NCBI RefSeq assembly: GCF_006345805.1
Contig: NC_043015.1
Location: forward strand, 7,192,001 to 7,256,000
DNA from: Octopus sinensis
Lineage: Eukaryota
Length of the DNA: 64,000 bases
Reading direction: 5' to 3'
Shown here: positions 1 to 13,530 of the stretch, piece after piece
How positions within the stretch are numbered: the first letter of the stretch is position 1
How the letters are laid out: each line of letters opens with the position of its first letter
The notes under the pieces: model-generated
The model's input: only the letters and a program-made list of their open reading frames with translations
Told to the model about the DNA's origin: nothing
The model's database searches: none
Position numbers and translations under genes: made by a program

Positions 1-58
1 TTACTAGTAACGATATTGCTAATAGTATTATCATAAATATTATACAAATATTATTATT

Positions 59-102
<44 letters not shown>

Positions 103-849
103 GCAACGAGTATAATAAAAATAATGTTAATAATAATATTTGTATTATAAGTATTGTCCTTATGTCAAGGTAATTGGTCATTATTACGAGTAGCAGTCGC
201 TGCAGTATTAACATTTATATTTATATTTCTCACCTTAATTGATATAATTGAAGTTTCTATCGATAACTCACATCCCCTAAAGAATAGTCTGATAAAAATA
301 CAAAAATCTGCGGTTTAAATTTAGCTGCATCACTGTGTTATTTCGAATAGCTGAATAAATAAAATATTTGTCTTAGAAATGTGGTTTCTGTTATGTTGAC
401 ATTTTGTGCATGCGTGAGGCATGTGTGAATGATGGAACCTTGAAAAAGGGCATCAATGTTAATGAGAATTTGCAAGGAATCTTGTTTATAGAGTGTTTAT
501 ATGTAAAGAATACGTGTAGATTATCACTGATACGAAACGTTGATTTAATAACAGCAAATTTAATAAAAAGCACATTTCAGTTCTTTGTAAACGATATTCC
601 GTCTTCACATCCCAAAAGATAATAATCCTTAAACTAATAATTTGGATCATCACAAAGAAGCATTTATTTTTTTTCATACGTTTATTTTGATACTATTATT
701 TCTAACATTGGGTTATAAAACGGTAAATATTGTAAATGGCGAAAAATAGTAATACTGAATATATAGTTACGTCCCTTGGCAGTTTGATTCTAAATCTTGC
801 CGGATTTCTTTCTTGGTTTAATACTTCAAGGTTTCAAAAGTGCTTGCCA

Positions 850-2700
850 GTCAAATAAGTGCTAATGCACTATAATCAGTCGCGCCCGCCCACACCCACT
901 AAAAGAACTGAAAAAAAAAAACTCGGGATTGAGCCAAGGATAAAAATAATCTGTATTATTAATTATATCTCTTGTCGATAAAGCCAACCAAAGATATATT
1001 TTTAGATTTACAAAGAGCCGTTTTCTCGACTCTTTTTTATGGCTGCTTCCAAAGAAACTATTTGAGTATTTAGTCCATAATGCTTGTGTCTTTACTCCAT
1101 ATTCTCTTGAAGAGCTACGCTTATGTTTATTGCTGCAAATGTAAAACATGAGGTGTGAGATGATTGTTTATAATACATCTCATCCCTGTCTCAAATTTAT
1201 TTGGTGCTTAACTTAGTTGTCAACGCCAAAATGAAATAACTTATTTCATTAGTTATATATTCCCTCTCCCTATCATCATATGCGATCGTTTTGCTTCCTT
1301 GATATTGTCTATATTTACAAAGGAATCATTAGAACTATTACACAAGCTGCTTTGGAATAACAGTTTCCGGAAAATGTGGTTAATCCTATTTTTAATTTTT
1401 TCTCCAATGTGAATCAAAGTTACATCCAGCTTCGAGCATTTAGGTTATTACACAATTATACCATTAATTCTGTAGTTATTGTAAGCCCTAATATTTCATT
1501 TTAATCTCTTATGACTTCATTTATACACTGTATGATAGGTGGCTTCACATACTTTTCTACGTTTTAAATGTGCTAAATAACAGGTTAGCTTCTGTCTATT
1601 TCTACTTAGACAATAGGTGTTAGAATCTTGAATTTTTACCCGATCATTAGTAAGAATTCTGTCTCTCCAGTTCTCTTACCTTTCATCTCTCAATGTATTT
1701 TCAGACACTTTCTCTCAAACACTCTCTTTTTATATCTTTCGACATTACTCTATCAAGATCTTCGCCTTTTCCATTTCGCTGTGGCTTTCATAGAAGCGTG
1801 CGCTACATTAGTATTTCTTTAATTTGTAATCGGTACTATATTCATAATGAAATACTACTTCTGTTTGAAGCTGTCCTCTGATATCCAGTTATCCATCAAT
1901 TTCTTCAATATTTTCTTTATATTAGAAGCTGTTCTTAAACCATAAATACATACTTTATATAATGAACGTTAATTTCAACATTTTTCGATCTGTATCACAA
2001 CTTTCTATTCATGTACTTGTCAATTTGCCGTTCGTCGTGAAGCTAGTGCCTCCTATTCTAATGCAATTGTTCTTTTAGATACTTTTACTCCTGCTATTCA
2101 TGATTGCGGGCAGATCATGATATTTAACACATTTCTAATGCCTCTGTCCATTTCCTCCATTTAAGATATAACTGGCTGAGGACGACTGCAGAATATTACA
2201 ATACAGGTATTGCGCAGGTATGTGTAAATTTAATAATGCTTCTGTCACTTAATTTTCTTCATAATATATTTATGAATCTTACCCTTCTCTGTTCTTTAAT
2301 TTTATATTTCGCCTTGTCATGTTTCAACCACTCTTTCTTCTTAAACAAATTTATATATTTATAACATTCATCCGCTCTCCGTGACCTTATTCTGAACTTA
2401 TCTAGAAAAGTTATTCTCTTACGTATTCTTCGTTAGCAATGCCTGTGTAACTTACTTCCCAACACAAATGTGTATCTTAGTAAGTTTACTGTAATTTCTA
2501 ACTTAACATTTCAAAGAATATAACATTATTTGGCTCATTGCGCTTGAAGTAGGAGTTAATATATATATCAATTGGAGACAACATGAAAATCTTGAAGTGT
2601 TTTACCATGCATTGAAGCCAGTTCCTCATGGAAAAACCAATAGTTAGTTTTCCTTTTACGGCGAAATTTTCTCTAAATAGTAAAATTAAAAATTTTATAA
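850..2700 (-). mobile_element. Very old, degraded Dong/R4-clade non-LTR retrotransposon (RT C-terminal part to restriction-like endonuclease region)
   Basis: Minus-strand broken translations give YKYINLF (cf. YKYLG), AIPVL*YS and EEMDRGIRNVLN (cf. AIPVLTYSF...LDRKTRKIM), and EYGVKTQALW...IYLWLALSTRDIINNTDYF (cf. KYG...W...ILWD..QTDR.I..N.PD), in the expected order; many stops and frameshifts. Confidence 0.6.
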
Positions 2701-2959
2701 CAAAAAACTCTATCAATTGTTTAATTGTTATTCGTAACCCATCTTTTGTTATTTTTTAGTTAAATTGATGAAATATGAACTCCTCTTTATGTCAGAATAA
2801 AAATATCATTAAGTTCCCTTAACTCCTATAAACAACCTTGGCATTCCACTCTAACACTCTAAAGCTTTTACCATCAGCCGTCAACCCTGGTCATTGTTTT
2901 TTGTCATGCATTGCAGGATCGTGATATTCTGACCTGTCCACGCCTTGACATTGCCTGAC

Positions 2960-3480
2960 ATTGGTGACATTGACGTGTGTGTGTGTATGTGTAGGTGTGT
3001 GGATTATGGTGTAGGAACTGTGAAGTGGTCAGTGCTAGTGTGCGCGCTGGTATGGGTGCTGGGAAGTGTTCAGTGCTAGTGTGTGTAAGGGGTGGTGTAA
3101 TGATGTGGTGTGGTATAGTCGTGTGGGGTATGGTGGTCTGTGGTGTGTTGGTGTGGTAGTTTGTGGTGTGGCGGTGTGTGGTGGGTGTGGCGGTGTTGGG
3201 TGTGGGGAGGCGAGAGTGGGGGAAGCAAAGGTGGTATCTAACGGATGAGGAGATGGGATCTATAGGGATGGTGGGGGTGGAATATGTAGAGTGGGTTACG
3301 AGGGAGGGGATGACGATGAAGGGGAGGGTGGAAGGGAGAAGGTGTGTAAGCAAGAGAGGAGAGGTGGATGGGAGGAAGTGTGTGTGAGAGGAAGAGAGGA
3401 GAAGAGGAGGGTTAGATGAAGAGGAGAGTTGAGCCCATGTGGCGCAAAGAAGCGAAGAGAGAAGATTAATCCCTGCTCAC
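2960..3480. repeat. Degenerate GTG/GT- then GGA/GA-rich low-complexity tract
   Basis: Runs of gtg, ggtgt, ggag and gagag seen directly; explains the ORFs at 2904-3562. Confidence 0.85.
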
Positions 3481-3524
3481 GGCGAAGACGGGTGTTCGGA
3501 TATGTGTGGGTGTGTGTAGACCCA

Positions 3525-3775
3525 GGTAGGGCTCTGTCGTAAGAAGTTTGCTTTGCAACCACATGGTTCTGGGTTCAGTTCCAGCACGTAGTACCTTGGC
3601 CAAGTGTCTTTTGCTTCATCCACGCGCCGACCAAAGCCTTGTGAATGGATTTGGTAGACACAACTGAAAAGAAAAAAACGTCGTATCTGTGTCTGCGCTT
3701 GTTCCCACCAGTGCTTGTGAACCGGTGTTGCTGTGTTTATGATCCAGTAAATTGCGTATCGGTAAAATATGTTCA
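3525..3775 (+). mobile_element. SINE family 1 copy, diverged
   Basis: caaccacatggttctgggttcagttcc...accttggccaagtgtc...ccgaccaaagccttgtgaatggatttggtagac matches copies at 20811 and 37143. Confidence 0.85.
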
Positions 3776-4439
3776 GCATTCAAAATATAAGCTTCAAAAA
3801 ATGTGTACCAGGGTCATTTTGTGCGACTAAAGAGAGCAAGTTTGTTTATACTAATCTTGTCCACCATTTGTTATTCCATCTATTGAATATGGATTTGTGG
3901 TGAAGTGTGCAAGCATAACTAGGTGGAAGCGCACAGTTATGAGGTAGCAGATCCGAATAGTCATCTGAGCGGTCAAAGAAGAATAGCCAGATATTCCATT
4001 CATAAAGAGAAGCGACAAAGAGACGGAAATATCCGTGAAGGTCGAGCTATTTACGTGTATATATATATAAGCTAAGCCTGAAGCTATTAGTTGCTACGAC
4101 ACGCTGAATTTTCCAAATCACGTTATAAAATCCATGTTACAAATATACTAAGAGTATCTTTTTTTAAGTAGGCGTTTATTTATTTGTGTGTTTGCTTAGG
4201 TATCAATAAAATGATAAGCGAACATCTATCTTAAGATACATGAAACGAAAAATCGCTGCTGGTTATGTTCAGAAACAAGAATCATCCGCGTGTCAGCTTA
4301 CGATAGTCGAAATGCGAAAAATGACGAGGTATATATGTTTATCGAGTGTGAATAGACTATCTACAAATACATGCACAAATTCGCTTCATCAGGCGTGCAC
4401 ACACACACTTATATACCTACATGTATGCATTATCTATCT

Positions 4440-4457
4440 ATCCATCTATATATATAT

Positions 4458-4502
<45 letters not shown>

Positions 4503-4685
4503 ATAAGATCGTTAATTTAAATCTAATAACGATATTATCAAGTGGCCAGCACGGAAATAAAAACCTTCGAATGTCTCTCCTTGTGCTGTAGGAACATCTA
4601 ATGTGGTTTTAGAGTCAGATTCTGGCTGCTATTTCCAGCATGGTGGTATCTCGTAGATACCCTAAATTATAATTTTAGTAATATA

Positions 4686-4737
<52 letters not shown>

Positions 4738-4745
4738 ATAATAAT
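4440..4745. repeat. (TA)n and (AAT)n tracts flanking a short unique island
   Basis: TA runs at about 4445-4498 and 4680-4732, then AAT repeats. Confidence 0.9.
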
Positions 4746-6294
4746 AATAATTTAATAAATAAAACAAAGACATACATATATGTACATACTTACATCGAAA
4801 TGTATATATATACATGCATATATGGCTACAAAAAACGTAGAACACAACGAGACACGAAAACATAAATACAAAACAAGGAAACAGATTTTTAACAACGAAT
4901 AAACAGAGTACAAGGTATACAACACAAGGAACATTCCCCTTCTTCAGCTGCTCCTGTTTCGACTCATTGCGTGTTTCGAAAACGTCACGCGTCTTCTTCT
5001 TCCAAGTAAGTTTTATATTTATATATATATATATATGTATATATATAATATATATATATATATTATATATATACATTCATATATACATACATCCATACAT
5101 ACATATATCGATATTAGTATTTACACCGGATAAGCGCTATGGAATAGATATATTTTTATCGACAAATTCCCTTTCAGAAAACTAGTCATTCTATAAGTGT
5201 ATCTAGACCGCACGGCGTGTAGTAGGGCATTTTCTCGCTCTTAGAACACCACTCAAGATGTAGGAATTTCTGTTCCAACCGATAACTTATGATATTGTTT
5301 GATATATATATATATATATATATCTCGTAAAATATGATAAATTATGTATGTCCAAACCTACAAACATACTTGTATATTTGTGTATGTGTGTGTGTGCGTG
5401 TGTGTGTGTGTGGGGGGGGGCAACCTCCAATGGCTCCGTGAATTATTTTGGAGATTTATCAAAAATGCCAGATGTAAGTAAAGAAAATGCTTCTGTTCAG
5501 TTTTAGTGATATAACAATCAGCAGGTTATTTTTAAAGATGGGAGGACCGTGCCAATTCATTAATTAAGAAGAGAGAGGAAATGTACATAACTGTCAAAGT
5601 GTAAAAAAAAATAATAAATAAACAAGATGGATATAGTTCTGTTACTAGAAGTGATTTAAAGGATGTTATAAACAAGAACATTTGAAAGGTTGTGCAAGTC
5701 TCACGAAGCGCCAATCCTGTGGCATAGCTTAGAATACATCGCACACTTAAATTCTGTGCACATCAATCAATCATATAAGAGTACGTTTTTTTGCATTATT
5801 GGGAAAATAGAAAAACTGTTTTTTTTCTCAAGAATAGCGACCACATTTATCAGTGAGATTATTTTTGGTGTATAACGATGTCGTGTATATTCATAAATGT
5901 TCGTCTGGTCATTTGCACTGCGTAAGTGCTTTCAGCTAGCTTGTGTTGGGAAAAAAAAAGAGAAAAAAATAACTACTGCTAGTTTGAATTATTATCCATT
6001 ACCAGAGGCCGCATAGAAGGGTACGGCTATTTGCGACGATTGCTTTTGTACATAGCAGCCTAGCTATGGATATAAACGTATTCTCTGGTATTGAAAATCA
6101 CCAATAAAAGACACGGAATGAATCGTGGAATATTTTGTGTTTCTTTCAGCTTAACGTATGAAATTAATTGTATTTCCTGTATATCAAGACAACATAGTCA
6201 AATCATTATAATCCGATTATTATTATAATAATTGTTATTATTATCATCATCCTCATTATCCTCATCGTTGCTGCTATTGTTGTTGTTATTATTA

Positions 6295-6615
6295 TTATTA
6301 CATGAAAACACACGCCATATTTTGCTAGTTATGATGGAAAGTGTCAGCTGTCTACAGTCAGCAAACTGAGGTGACACTTGTTTACTGGTCGTGCTTCAAG
6401 AAACTTGCGAAGAATTCTTGCAGTTCCAAGCAATGCTGATTTTGTAGGTATTCTACCTTCACTCTTGTACCAATCTTTTTCAGCCTTATTGGTAGTTGAG
6501 TGCTGATACTTCGAAGTGCACCAATTACTATTGATATCACAACTACTCTCTTCATTGACCACGACCTTCGTATTTCCTACAATTGGTATCGCCTCTACTT
6601 TGCTATCGGTATCAC
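6295..6615 (-). mobile_element. Dong/R4-clade LINE 3' end fragment
   Basis: Minus translation VVVISIVIGALRSISTQLPIRLKKIGTRVKVEYLQKSALLGTARILRKFLE is a typical RLE-LINE C-terminus; followed by a short 3' UTR ending in (TAA)n. Confidence 0.85.
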
Positions 6616-6647
6616 GTCTCTTATTATTATTATTATTATTATTATTT

Positions 6648-7200
6648 AGGGAGAGAGCAGTTCATGCCATCAAAGTGACACTGCAGTAAAATATACGAAG
6701 CCCAGTATATCCATCATGACTACCCGTCTGATAAGGGTACACCAGGCACATGCACCACAACAATATGTGCGCGACATGGCGATCTCATATCAAGATAAAC
6801 AGCACATGACCTTACTAGCCCAGTTAGAATTTTCTCCAGGTAGAGTAGGCCAACCCGCTCAAAAGGTCACTGAATAAGGATTGTTTAAGGATGCTGAACG
6901 AACTATCCATGTTACCAAAGGTGAATTATCCAAACCCCTAAGAATTCCTTTCAACACATGGCTATGATGCTCCCCCACTGCTTCTGCTCGTGATCATAGA
7001 TGCGCATATCTTCAGTCACTAAGGACATGCTCAACTGGTTATGGTCAAACAACTGACGAGCAAATCTGCGGTATTAAGCAGAATATTTGCTGTAGCCCAT
7101 ATTTAATACCAAGACAAAACAATGTACATGATAACACTTCCAATCAGTTAAGATCAGAAGCCATGAGATCCACTGTCTGGTACTGCAGTAGGGCATTTAT
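6648..7200 (-). mobile_element. About 550 bp non-coding interspersed element flanked by (TAA)n
   Basis: Bounded by TAA tracts on both sides; its 7120-7200 end recurs in opposite orientation at 16813-16925; no ORF or pol III boxes recognised. Confidence 0.7.
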
Positions 7201-7204
7201 TATT

Positions 7205-7790
7205 ATTCAGTTGTCCTATTTTTATCACGTGCTTTCACTACACTACCGACCGCAGATCTGTGTACAATAGGTATGTGCTGTGGTTTGTTGAATTACTCAT
7301 ATTTTCACTGTATTGAAAGGGCTTTAAGTAGGACATGCGAGGTGCCTACTAGTGTTATTTTCTGTATGTTATATTCATTAACAATCCCTGGTGTTTTGGT
7401 TATATATTTGTCTGAATGCCTTTTAATATTATACCTAATGCATCCATAATCATAGGGATTGTTTCTATTTTCAGGCTCCACAATCGAATTACCTCTATTT
7501 CCATATCATTGTATTTTGTTTATCTTGTATTTTGGTTGTTTGGTTATATTCACTTCGTTTGTTGTAATTATTTATTCCACTTTCGGTTATATATTCAGAG
7601 CTACGGACGTACGTCCAACGCAGTTAGAACATTAGGAATCCGAGACACTTTTATAAATATTCTTGCTTTTCTTTTAGAGATACATTATCATCTGTTGGTT
7701 ACCTCTGATAACTATATCCGCTCTATTAGACTTGATTTCTCTATCTGTGTGTATTGGCATATAACTATATGTTCGGGCATCTATATACCT
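7205..7790 (-). mobile_element. Dong/R4-clade LINE 3' fragment (RLE domain) interrupted by an inserted unit
   Basis: Minus translations MPIHTDREIKSNRADIVI and KYNDMEIEVIRLWSLKIETIPMIMDALG...IQKITLVGTSHVLLKALSIQ*; 3' UTR shared with 40685-40845. Confidence 0.85.
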
Positions 7791-9081
7791 TTCACGAGTA
7801 GATTAAGAAACAAATTGCCTGGTTGTATTCACTTCGCTTATTGCAGTTATCTATTTCACTTTTGGTTACATATGCAGAGCTACGGACCCAAGTCCAACGC
7901 AATTAGGACCTTAGGAATCAGAGACACTTTTATAAATATTCTTGCTTTTTTTATAACTTGCATTGAAAATGTAACTCGTGTATATTGACAATTAGATCTC
8001 CAGTAGGAATTTCAGTCAAGAATATTTCGTTTTCTTTTTATTTGAATTCAGACATATTGCTCGAAACACAATTTTGTGTATGAAACTGTTGGTATTTTAA
8101 GACAGCGATTCAGAATTTCAAGGAAATTCGGTTTTCTAATTTTATCAATTTGAGGAAATATAATTATGATGCTAACAACGATGAAGACGAAGATGAGCAG
8201 AAGTCGGAAGACGAGGAAGCAGAAATGGAGAAGGAAAAGAAAGAGGAGGAGGATGGACAAGAGAACGTATCAGAAACCTCTCTCAATGTAATATCATTCC
8301 ATTCCTCTCCTAGTGTAATATGTCTGTTTGAGTCTAAGAAATAAATCAATATGGAATTTACTTCAAATATGTTGTAGATGTAGTAACGTGGTGGCTATGT
8401 TTCAACACGAAACAATCAATCGCCTCTCTTCTTAGTTTATTTTATTGCGACCAAATTAATACTACGGATTTTGGAATTAGGTTAAGCTCCATCTGATAGC
8501 TTACGCAATTTAATGATTAAACAGAATCCTGCAAGTCTGTTGAAGAATTTAATTATGGAGAGCCGTCCAATTAATTACATTCAAGGCTGCAAATAATTGA
8601 GTTTCAATTTGCGATGTTGTTTTGTCGTTTTCATTTTGTTCTTAATTCAGGATAATATATAGTGACACAAGTCTAATTTTCATTTTCCTAATCATTTATG
8701 AATCAAACTTTTTCATAAATGACTTTCTTATCAAACTGAAGTTATTTCTAAAAGCTTTTTACAGAGCGGAAATATGATAGAGTGATGCCCAACCTTTTGT
8801 TGGGAGCTTTCATGTGGTACATGATGTGAACTAATTAAAGGCATAGACTCATCTCGTCAAAATTTAACTAAGCTTAAACTATTAGCTCTCCGCTGCAATC
8901 AGATTAAATTTGCCTCATCTGTTGAGGAAGAGAACATGAGATCATGTGACATTTGTCATACTTCTCTGGGTCACATCAGATACTATGAATCAAGATATCT
9001 TCTTTCGTCTTTATAGAAAAGCCTGCTGTGTGACCCTCGTCACTGAGTTGTCAGTGATCGCGTGTCAGTGTACGGCAGAAT

Positions 9082-9560
9082 TACGAGGTTATATCAAAAG
9101 GTTTCTGGATTAATTATGTTTAATAACAGATAACTTATTTACCTAAGTTTTAACATCACCACTTTCGCAATAGTCACCTTGCGCAGCAATACCGGTCCCA
9201 GGGTTCCTACCACTTTTGAATTTATAAGCGAGTCGAGGACATTCTGTGATTCGCTCCAGAACTCGACAACGGTGTTAAAACAGCGATCTTTGAGCTGCAT
9301 TTTCATTTTGGGGAAGAGATGGAAGTTGTTTTGGACGAAAAACTCACGAGTGAGGAGAGTTCGGGAACAGGATGCATTGCATACGTGAATAATCAAATTC
9401 TTCGTGCAACACAAATTTTGTTGCTTTCACCGAATGCCCTCCCTCAAACACTTCCAGACATTCCAGTAGAACTCTCAATTGACGGTCGTAATAACGTGTC
9501 GCATAAAGTGAAATGGTAGCCACACGATTCTTGAAATTTTCCACATTCTACTGTTAAACC
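9082..9560 (-). mobile_element. Internally deleted mariner (Tc1/mariner) transposon remnant
   Basis: Minus translation NFHLFPKMKMQLKDRCFNTVVEFWSESQNVLDSL (mariner C-terminus) plus DRQLRV...VLHEEFDYSRMQCILFP (second HTH region); mariner-like TIR tacgaggttatatcaaaaggtttctgga at 9082. Confidence 0.75.
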
Positions 9561-11354
9561 ATTTATTTTAATTGCCGAATAGAGATATATCGATGATGTT
9601 AATGTCCCGATTTAACTGTTGCAAACTGACACCTGCTTGAAAAACATTAAGAAGGATGCAGTATTTAGTTCAGCGTTTGTGTATTGGATACAAATAAAGT
9701 GAAAAGAGAATGATGGTGAAGTGAATTAGAACTCGTAACTGGAAGTAGAACGAGATCAGATCTTTCCGATGAAAAGATGTCATCAAAATACCAGTAGAAA
9801 TGGCAGCAAGCAACAGTACGGCTGCAGGGCAGAGGCTGAGTCATGTATGTGTGATTGTATGCCAGTTAATCGAGTTTCCTTTCGCTAGTCGTGGTCTGGA
9901 ATATTTGTATGTGTTAGGAATGTTCCAGGCATGACAGCAATATTCCATTATTGACCTCACAAGAGTATATGCATTATATTATACATGCATATATACGTAC
10001 ATATTCATACTTAAAGACTCGCGTGATACTTGTCTACGTCTATTTATATTCTACGTTATAATACCAGTTTTTATGGTCTTTCATATTTTAGAGTCATTGA
10101 TAAAACACATAGTACAATTGGTCGCATTGACTGCTGCTTCCAAATATTTTTGGCTGGGTATAAAATTTTATATATGTTTATGTGATAAATAGCTATAATG
10201 GCGGAATGCTCTTTAGAAATTTCTGATTTTTCCACGAGACAAAATCTCAGCTTGTTTCCATTGTTCTTCTATTGTTCATGAGTAATTTTTACAATACGAA
10301 GTTCCTTCCTTACAGCTATAATCTTACTTGTAAATGTATGACCTTTGCATTTCCCATATCGTCTTTCATAACATCTGGGGATTTTTATGACTAGAATTTA
10401 TGAAATGAATATTATATTATAATACAATACAATAAACAACAACTGACATTGCAGCTGGGAATTATATAAGTATAATGTCTCGATTTCTTCAGGAAAAATA
10501 AGTAATGGAAACATTGGAAAGTAAGTTGAATAACTCCCGGTTAGATAGTATGAATTGTTTAATTTGTTTTCATTTTCTGTTATAATACACAACGTGAGTA
10601 TTGAGGCTTGAATAATTATGTTACTTATTTGTAAACTACTACAAAGAAACTTTTATATAGCTCTTATAAAAAGCAGATCGATCTCGTAAAAACTTAATTA
10701 ACCACGACTGAATTCCACTTCGTTTTTTTCCTTTTCTTTTCTTTTTACTTTTTTTTATTTGGACACAACTCCACTTATATCCTTAATGACATTCTTGAAA
10801 ATTTAAGAGAGCATTAAGATATTTCTACATTTGAAGAAAAACATGGTAAATCAAAGGTGGTAAATACGTGATGTGCGTATGATCTGTCATGCAGTGAATT
10901 GACAGATTCGATAGAGCACTACAAAACACATTGTGGCATATGTTCTAGCTATTTACGGTTCATTCTTTTTAAAATTACAATGAAGCCAGCTGTATATTTT
11001 GTCCTTCCGGGTTAAATAATATAAATTACCCGCCAAAGTATTGATAATTCATATTATCACATCTCTGAGATACTGTATCAAAAGTGTAGCATATGATGTG
11101 GTGTTTTTAGGTATCTAAATCAGTTTTGGAATATTAGTGAGTACATTTTAATCCCAGTGGTGCCGCTAACGTACATTAGGTATGATTTTGGGCAATGAAA
11201 TGCTATTTATCAGCACAAATACTTTCAGAATTTTTGACGAGTGAAAAGAAACATACTTTGCAACGGATTACCTTTGGATGCGAATTTTCTAACTTCAAAT
11301 CAGCCGTTTTTAAGTATTCTTATGTTCACAGTATGTGACTAGTAGATAATATTA

Positions 11355-11510
11355 ATTTCAAATTTTGACACAAGAATAACAAGTTCGGGAGAGAGCGTTA
11401 GTCGATTACATCGACCCCACTACTCAACTGGTACTTATTCTTTCGACTCCGAAATAATGAAAGGTAGCATTTGAACTCAGAACCTAAAGACGGTCAAAAT
11501 GCCAGCTCAC
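11355..11510 (-). mobile_element. SINE family 2 copy, partial
   Basis: gtcgattacatcgacccc...caactggtactta...gaactcagaac is the reverse complement of the central domain of the 62097-62321 copy. Confidence 0.8.
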
Positions 11511-11994
11511 TGCTTTTAGTAGGTAAGATATTGATTGAATTGATTATAGTCGTGTATGAGTGCGCATCAGTGAGTGATTGAGAGTGTGTATATGTGTGTG
11601 TATGTGTGTGTGTGCTTGTATTTATCGGTAATTTCTTATCCCCACACCCCAGGAGAGTTGAAAACAGCAGGTCAAGGAAATGGAATAATACTGAATTTTC
11701 AGTACGTGTAAACTATACAAAAGCCCAAACACTTATAATGGAGCTATTGTACAGGCGAGGTTCAGATTTGATACAGAATAGCTAGGCCTACTTGTCTTTA
11801 GCTCTCAAGGCTTGACGAAAGAGTTAAATATCATTTAAGACGAATTATAGTCCTTTTCATTTCTGTATTTTTTGTATCATGCCGTTTATTATACCAGATA
11901 AAATCTAAATGTTTTGCATGGTTAAATATTGCTATTTTGAAGTTAACTACATTCCTTCATATTCTCCTACCAAACAGATCGAACCAATGTCATC

Positions 11995-12210
11995 ATGGTT
12001 TAAATTTTTAGCACAAGGCAAGCAATTTAGGAGGAAGGGGTAAATGCATTAGATCGACCCCAGTGCTGAACTGATACTTTTTTTATCAACCCCGAAAGAA
12101 GGAAAGGGAAAATTGACATCGGTAGAATTGAGAGTCAAAACGTAAAGACTGTCGAAATGCGGTGAAGTATTCTGCTCGACGTGTTAACGATTCAGCCAGT
12201 TCGCCACCAT
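11995..12210 (-). mobile_element. SINE family 2 copy
   Basis: ggcacaagg-type tail, gatcgaccccagtgctgaactgatact, aacgtaaagac...cgtgttaacgattcagccagttcgccacc. Confidence 0.85.
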
Positions 12211-13149
12211 GAACCCCCCTCATATTGAGGAGGAGTCAAATGCGCAAAGTCATTTGATTAAAAAATATTATGTTTAATATCTGAATATTGTACACTCTCT
12301 TTTTCCTATATCTAAAATAAAGAAACGGTGCTGTATGTGACAGAAACGGTCATTATACAACCGCTAATATAATTTATGTTTGCCGATAAATATTTATGAT
12401 ATAATAGCGCCACAACAAGCACCACTTTACTAAATTATGCAATTTCCTGTAAATGCTCAAATACAATAAAATATTTTCAACTCTGAGGATAGTAGTTAAG
12501 CTTCTTATTCCCGTATCTTACAGTCAGAAATATGTTTTAAAAAATAATATTAAGATTCGTTTATATTTTCAATCATTTCTTAATACTAGGTAAATTATCT
12601 ACCATAGTGGCAGGTGAAGAGTGCTGCTGTAGGTAAACTATGTGCCATATAATTATTAATTATGCAGGAGCTTCGTGGAGCTGACTTTCATACTCCAAAC
12701 ATCGACTAAACAAAACCGAAAACAACAACTCAAAATCGACATTATAAATTACAAAATGATATTTTCAAACCGTCCTTAATAGGTATAGAGTAGGTGCAAC
12801 AGCCAAAACAGCTACAGCAGTAATTCGTATGGAGCCAGTAGTTTAAAGATATATTTTTTTAAATGATCTACAGCAAGTTAAAAGTCAGAAGTCAAAAATA
12901 ACGGAAAAAGTAATAATAAATGCCTTATATAATCTTCACCAAATAGACAATAAATAGATAAATAATGAAAAAAAAAAAAAAAAAAAAAACCACGACGTAT
13001 AAAACAGAAAATTTCAGGAAGACATACGTCACCGAGAATTCTACACAGACATTTGGTAAATACCAACAGAAATTAGATGAAGAACGATGGTGAAAAATTA
13101 TGATGTTACTCACAGACAACTTATTTAATGCTGAGTCTAGAGACAAAAG

Positions 13150-13349
13150 AACATATATATATATATATATAGATAGATAGATAGATAGATAGATATGTGT
13201 GTGTGTATGTGTGTATGTATGTGTGTATATATATATACACACATATATACACACACACAAACACACACACATATATATATATGTATGCATTTATGTATGT
13301 ATGTGTGTGTATGTATTTATATATATATGCATGTAAATGTATATATATA

Positions 13350-13389
<40 letters not shown>

Positions 13390-13530
13390 TATATATATAT
13401 GAATACATAAGTATGTGTGCATGTATATATGTGTGTGTATATATGTGCATATACGTGTATATTCATAAGTATGTGTGTACATATATGTATGCATGTGTGA
13501 ATGTATGTGCTTGTGTTTGTGTGTGCGTAC
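13150..13530. repeat. Compound (TA)n/(GATA)n/(TG)n/(CA)n microsatellite
   Basis: Directly visible. Confidence 0.95.

Noticed and set aside
4925-5005. Minus-strand CUGAAGA followed by a stem-II-like hairpin (aggggaatgttcctt)
   Set aside because: No GAAA follows the hairpin and the upstream GAAA motifs do not give a valid type II topology.
8150-8344. Acidic ORF RKYNYDANNDEDEDEQKSEDEEAEMEKEKKEEEDG
   Set aside because: Consistent with a degenerate GAA/GAG repeat; splice signals are weak and no family is recognised. A similar patch lies at about 28370-28450 on the minus strand.
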